The notes under the pieces: generated by a model
What the model was told of the DNA's origin: nothing
The model's input: the letters and a program-made list of their open reading frames with translations, nothing else
Database searches by the model: none
Part shown: positions 60,189 through 64,000 of the stretch, piece by piece
Numbering within the stretch: position 1 is the first letter of the stretch
How the letters are laid out: each line of letters begins with the position of its first letter
Position numbers and translations under genes: made by a program
Source: a virus
Lineage: Duplodnaviria; Caudoviricetes
Reading direction: 5' to 3' (one strand)
Virus record (IMG/VR): IMGVR_UViG_3300029305_004466
Length of the DNA stretch: 64,000 nt

Positions 60189-61007
60189 TTACAATACGAC
60201 AATATTATCTACTTCTGTACTTAATGCAAATCTTTCAAACCATCTACATGATTGATTTACATATAAAGCTTTTTGATTATTAATCCAGTATTCAAGATTC
60301 TGGATATTTAAAATATTTTCAGAAGTATTCATTATAACTTGCGTTAATTTGTCTACAAGAATATCTTCGCCAACTTCAAGTGTATTAATATAGTCAGCTA
60401 GGTTACTTTGTACTTCGTATTTAATAGTCTGAGCATCTGCATCAGATATATTATCTTTTAAGTACAGTTTATATTTAAACTTAACGTATGTAAGTGTAGG
60501 TGTTACAACTTTGAATTTGATACCATACCCTACTGTTTCGCTTATTTTATTTGTTACAGCGTCATTAACAGTATCAGCATCGTATCCAGTTTCTATAATA
60601 ACAATAACAGTGAAAGTGCCTGTACCCATTGCATAAGGCTTAAGTTTAACATCATATACACCTTCTGTTGTTAAGGCTGCTAATCTAACAGCGGTTTCAT
60701 TGGAAGATGCTAATATTAAACATTGTTGTGAAATTCTATATCTGTAATCGTCATCTGTTTCGCCACTGGTTCTTTTACATTGAAGTAATCCGCCAATAGC
60801 ATCAAGAGCATTACCATCTGATGTTGACAAAAATGCTCTTAAATGATTTACAGTTAAAACTGTGTAGAATGTTGATAAGTTTTTATTTATGATGCTAAGG
60901 AACAATCTTGCTATAGTTCCCGGACTATCACTAAACCCTATATTGGTTAATTCTTTTAATGATTCTGTTTGTAGTTCATCAAAAGTTTTTGTATTAAGAA
61001 CTATCAT
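60189..61007 (-). CDS. Baseplate J/gp47-like protein
   Basis: KTFDEL, ALDAIG, GETDDDYRYRI, GTGTFTV, YINTLEVGE. Confidence 0.8.
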   Translation of the reverse strand: MIVLNTKTFDELQTESLKELTNIGFSDSPGTIARLFLSIINKNLSTFYTVLTVNHLRAFLSTSDGNALDAIGGLLQCKRTSGETDDDYRYRISQQCLILASSNETAVRLAALTTEGVYDVKLKPYAMGTGTFTVIVIIETGYDADTVNDAVTNKISETVGYGIKFKVVTPTLTYVKFKYKLYLKDNISDADAQTIKYEVQSNLADYINTLEVGEDILVDKLTQVIMNTSENILNIQNLEYWINNQKALYVNQSCRWFERFALSTEVDNIVVL

Positions 61008-61019
61008 ATTATTTCTCCT

Positions 61020-61439
61020 TTACCATCCAAATTTTACTTTTACGCCTTTGATTAAATCAAGTTCTATCGTAAGTTCTACAGCTTTTTCGCCAAACTCATC
61101 ATTGGTGTATGTTTTTAAATAAACTGAATATATTAAATGAGTAGAATTTCTTATATTAGCTGTTACTAATATATCATCTTGATTCCATAAATTATCATAA
61201 GTTAATACATTAGTAATTCTATTTTTACCAGCTTCTATTACACTTTCTTTTATAGCACTGCCAACTAACCCTTCTAAGTCTGCTCCTACATGGTCATAAA
61301 ACCAGCCATTGGCAACAGATTTGATTCTGGTATAGGCTAATTGTATTTTCAACTCATCATCAGTAACTTTATTTATTTCATGTTGCTGATTAACAACAAG
61401 CTCACCTGATTCGTCTATATTAAAATCAAATCCTGCCAT
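61020..61439 (-). CDS. Baseplate wedge/sheath initiator (gp25-like) protein
   Basis: RIKSVANGWFYDHVGADLEGLVG; directly upstream of baseplate J. Confidence 0.65.
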   Translation of the reverse strand: MAGFDFNIDESGELVVNQQHEINKVTDDELKIQLAYTRIKSVANGWFYDHVGADLEGLVGSAIKESVIEAGKNRITNVLTYDNLWNQDDILVTANIRNSTHLIYSVYLKTYTNDEFGEKAVELTIELDLIKGVKVKFGW

Positions 61440-61440
61440 A

Positions 61441-62130
61441 TTAGTTACCTACTACTTTCCCATTTATTTTGAATGTACCATACAGTTCTATACTTTTGGA
61501 ATTAGGAGATATACGAATACCAGTATTATTATCTACGAATATATCTATATCTCCGTTGTCTTTGAATTTGACTGTTGAATTATTTTTTATATTTGTAATA
61601 CCATCTTCTGAGGCTTTATATTTATCTATTTCCATTAACATTTTTCTAACTGTTAACATAGCATCAGTATTTACATAATCACCAATAGGTGTTGAGTATT
61701 TATCCATTATAGAGTCATTAAAATAATCATTTACCATAGGAGTAATTTGAATAGATTCAATATCCAAATCATTTATATTACTATCTATAATATACGCTCC
61801 TTGGTCAGAATTTGTCTTTTTGGAATATACATTATTGTAATATAAGTCGTCATATAAGTTTGTAATGATTGGACATAGTACACTATTAGTGATAAAACTA
61901 ATCCAACACTTTTGACCAACTACAGGAGTGGCTTGCGTTAAGCCACCCCAGTTAGTCTTGAAAGTTACATTATCTGCTGTCATTATTTCGCCATTGTTAG
62001 GATTAGCAAATTTAACAGAGGCTGTATTTTTAACATTATCGTAATAAGTAATTTCTCCTACTGTATCGCCATAATGTATATTGTTATTGTTTTCAATGAT
62101 TTGTTGAAGTCTATCTCTAATAACGCCCAT
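61441..62130 (-). CDS. Baseplate spike/gpV-like protein
   Basis: OB-fold-like N-terminus (PVVGQKCWISF) and short beta repeats ending GTFKINGK. Confidence 0.6.
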   Translation of the reverse strand: MGVIRDRLQQIIENNNNIHYGDTVGEITYYDNVKNTASVKFANPNNGEIMTADNVTFKTNWGGLTQATPVVGQKCWISFITNSVLCPIITNLYDDLYYNNVYSKKTNSDQGAYIIDSNINDLDIESIQITPMVNDYFNDSIMDKYSTPIGDYVNTDAMLTVRKMLMEIDKYKASEDGITNIKNNSTVKFKDNGDIDIFVDNNTGIRISPNSKSIELYGTFKINGKVVGN

Positions 62131-62134
62131 TGTT

Positions 62135-64000
62135 TTACTCCTCATATACAGTCTTTTCGTCTTCATCAACAGTTTGTGAATCTGCAATTGTATCAGGTGA
62201 AACATTGCTTGAACCAGTTAATAATAATTTTTCTCCTGATAAAATAGGAGCGTAAGGTATTCCTTTGTGTCTCATAGGAAGTAATACTACCATGTTATTG
62301 TAACTAAGGAAATCTATAATCTTAGTGAGTAATATATCTGCTATTGTACCTACAACAAAACCAACTATAGCAGCGGCTGCGACACCAATTGGTCCACCAA
62401 CTGCACCTGCTACACCACCAGCTTTTGCACCTAATAGTTTAAGACTTTTAAAACCTCGTTTTCCGAGTGAAATTGAATGCTTAACAATTGATTTACCAAT
62501 TTTTGATATACTATTGGTTTTGCTTATTGTTTTTTTAATTCCGCTAAAACTCTTTACTGCATATTTAAGATTTTTAAATTCTTTTCCTAAATCTGCCCAT
62601 TTGATAGCTTTTATACCTCCAATAATTTCTTCACTTTTATCAAAGATTTGATACAGCTTTTTACCTGCTGTTCCAACAAGAAGCAATGTATCTATATTTC
62701 GTATACTTGTCATTAAGAATAATGACCAACTAAAAGTATTAAGATAATTAGCAAGTAATTCTACATTATCTTTTATTACTTTTTTAACAGAAGCACGGTA
62801 AGCAAAAGCCTCACATAACGAAGTCATATTAGCTAAATTGACATTAGCGTTTGAAGCCGCTTCTGTATTAAGTGCTATCATACCCGGAACAACAGTTGTT
62901 ACAAAACCAGTTCTTGCACTCAAGGTATGCGTAACAGTTCTTGCGACACATAAGCCAGTAAGTTCATTATATCTATCATTTACATACATATAATCGTCTG
63001 GTTCTATACCTGCATCACCAAGAAGCATTAAATCGCCCTGATATGCCTTTTGCCAGTTCCACAATAACTGAGTTACACCTACACGGATAGCCGCTTGCTT
63101 ACCTACATCAAAGCCACCGAGCTCCCATAATATATCAGGACCTATCCAGTTTTGTACTATTGAAGAGTCGAATATCTTAGTACTTTGTAATGAGTTACTA
63201 ACGGTTTTGTCTGAATATATGGTAGGTGATGCTTTTACTGTTTTACCAAGAGTATACATTACAATATTATTTGTGTATACATCTCTTGAAGAAGTTACCA
63301 TTTGGTTATCTATAATTTCTGTTAAACTATCTATGAAGTGACATTGAGCAAATGCTTTAGCTTCTTCATAGATTTCACCATTTATCATATTATATCTGTA
63401 CTTTGCAAGATACCACGGTAAGCCGAAGAATAATCTTGATTCGAATTGATGGTACATTGGCATACCGAGGAATTCTGGGGCATTCATTACAGCCATCTGA
63501 ATTGCATCCCATGGTGTCTTATTGTATTTATTAAATACCATGTTCTTTTCGCCATCAAACGTTGGAGCTGCTGGATTATACATTGCTAATGAACCTCTGT
63601 AGACTTCTTGACCAATTAATCCCCAGTTAGTTCCTGCTCTGTAAATATTTTTATTTAAATCGTATTGTACTTCGTTCCAAGATTTAATTAATCCATCACC
63701 GAGTTTTTTACCGCCTGCTACTATAACTTCTCCAGCAGTAGTGACAAAATTTACAACTCCGTCAACAATTGTTGCTCCGAGCACTACGACTTCTTTTGTT
63801 ATTGGTATACCATTTTCTGTATATGTTGTTTCAATAGTTGAACCTTGCACTACACCTGCTAAGTTTGAACTCCAACCACCAAAGAATTCTATTTTTTCAC
63901 TAAAGTATAAACCAAAGTGTTCGATACCAAATTTATTTGGCTCACCCCAGTTTTTGCTTACTTTAGCCAGCCATGATTGTCTTGCACTTAATATATCCAT
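62135..64000 (-). CDS. C-terminal part of a large baseplate hub/tail protein (5' end outside the window)
   Basis: LLGDAGIEPDDY...VTHTLSARTGFVT hub-like motif; hydrophobic GA-rich segment. Confidence 0.6.
   Translation of the reverse strand: MDILSARQSWLAKVSKNWGEPNKFGIEHFGLYFSEKIEFFGGWSSNLAGVVQGSTIETTYTENGIPITKEVVVLGATIVDGVVNFVTTAGEVIVAGGKKLGDGLIKSWNEVQYDLNKNIYRAGTNWGLIGQEVYRGSLAMYNPAAPTFDGEKNMVFNKYNKTPWDAIQMAVMNAPEFLGMPMYHQFESRLFFGLPWYLAKYRYNMINGEIYEEAKAFAQCHFIDSLTEIIDNQMVTSSRDVYTNNIVMYTLGKTVKASPTIYSDKTVSNSLQSTKIFDSSIVQNWIGPDILWELGGFDVGKQAAIRVGVTQLLWNWQKAYQGDLMLLGDAGIEPDDYMYVNDRYNELTGLCVARTVTHTLSARTGFVTTVVPGMIALNTEAASNANVNLANMTSLCEAFAYRASVKKVIKDNVELLANYLNTFSWSLFLMTSIRNIDTLLLVGTAGKKLYQIFDKSEEIIGGIKAIKWADLGKEFKNLKYAVKSFSGIKKTISKTNSISKIGKSIVKHSISLGKRGFKSLKLLGAKAGGVAGAVGGPIGVAAAAIVGFVVGTIADILLTKIIDFLSYNNMVVLLPMRHKGIPYAPILSGEKLLLTGSSNVSPDTIADSQTVDEDEKTVYEE

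Larger units (their letters stand above)
1..64000. mobile_element. Segment of a large tailed phage/prophage genome (replication arm plus tail/baseplate arm)
   Basis: Baseplate J/wedge/hub-like genes, holin, Rha-antirepressor, phage-type primases, resolvases, ThyX and sigma factor; very dense co-oriented gene blocks; no host housekeeping operons. Confidence 0.9.

Noticed and set aside
700-62651. Many short antisense or alternate-frame ORFs in the track (e.g. 1523-1927, 24070-24519, 35465-35893, 62325-62651)
   Set aside because: They lie within well-supported genes, lack RBSs and have shadow-ORF composition
1-64000. Stop-codon reassignment
   Set aside because: Genes are full length under the standard code; TAG and TGA end genes right before the next RBS. 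The one gap (41992-42354) is explained by a frame change, not readthrough
1-64000. tRNA/rRNA genes, integrase, att sites
   Set aside because: None recognised; intergenic spaces are short. A tRNAscan/Infernal run is needed to be certain

Overview
AT-rich, very densely coded 64 kb segment of a large tailed phage (or prophage/phage-plasmid) genome. The host is probably a low-GC Firmicute: GGAGG/GGTGA RBSs and sigmaA-type promoters are present. A contractile tail is suggested by baseplate J and wedge genes. Two convergent arms meet at a GC-rich hairpin near 19.4 kb. The + strand (1-19381) carries replication, recombination and nucleotide metabolism genes: UvrD/PcrA, an ssDNA-annealing protein, SLT, an SbcD-SbcC fusion with split Rad50, DnaG, YkgJ, an Hjc-like nuclease, Rha/ANT, MazF and ThyX. 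The - strand (19423-28642) carries a holin, sigma factor, RuvC, a Cas4-like protein, dNMP kinase, a DnaB-like helicase and an AEP primase. The - strand (28739-64000) is a long virion/tail/baseplate module. Highlights: (1) an unannotated, start-less 120-codon frame reachable by a +1 frameshift at CCC-UGA; (2) a GT2 glycosyltransferase plus split BspA-like LRR cassette inside the baseplate genes; (3) an Mre11-Rad50N fusion with Rad50 split over three genes; (4) three apparent pseudoenzymes (dUTPase-, UDG- and Cas4-like); (5) apparent avoidance of GATC and CCWGG. All functional calls come from motif recognition by eye; no database searches were run.
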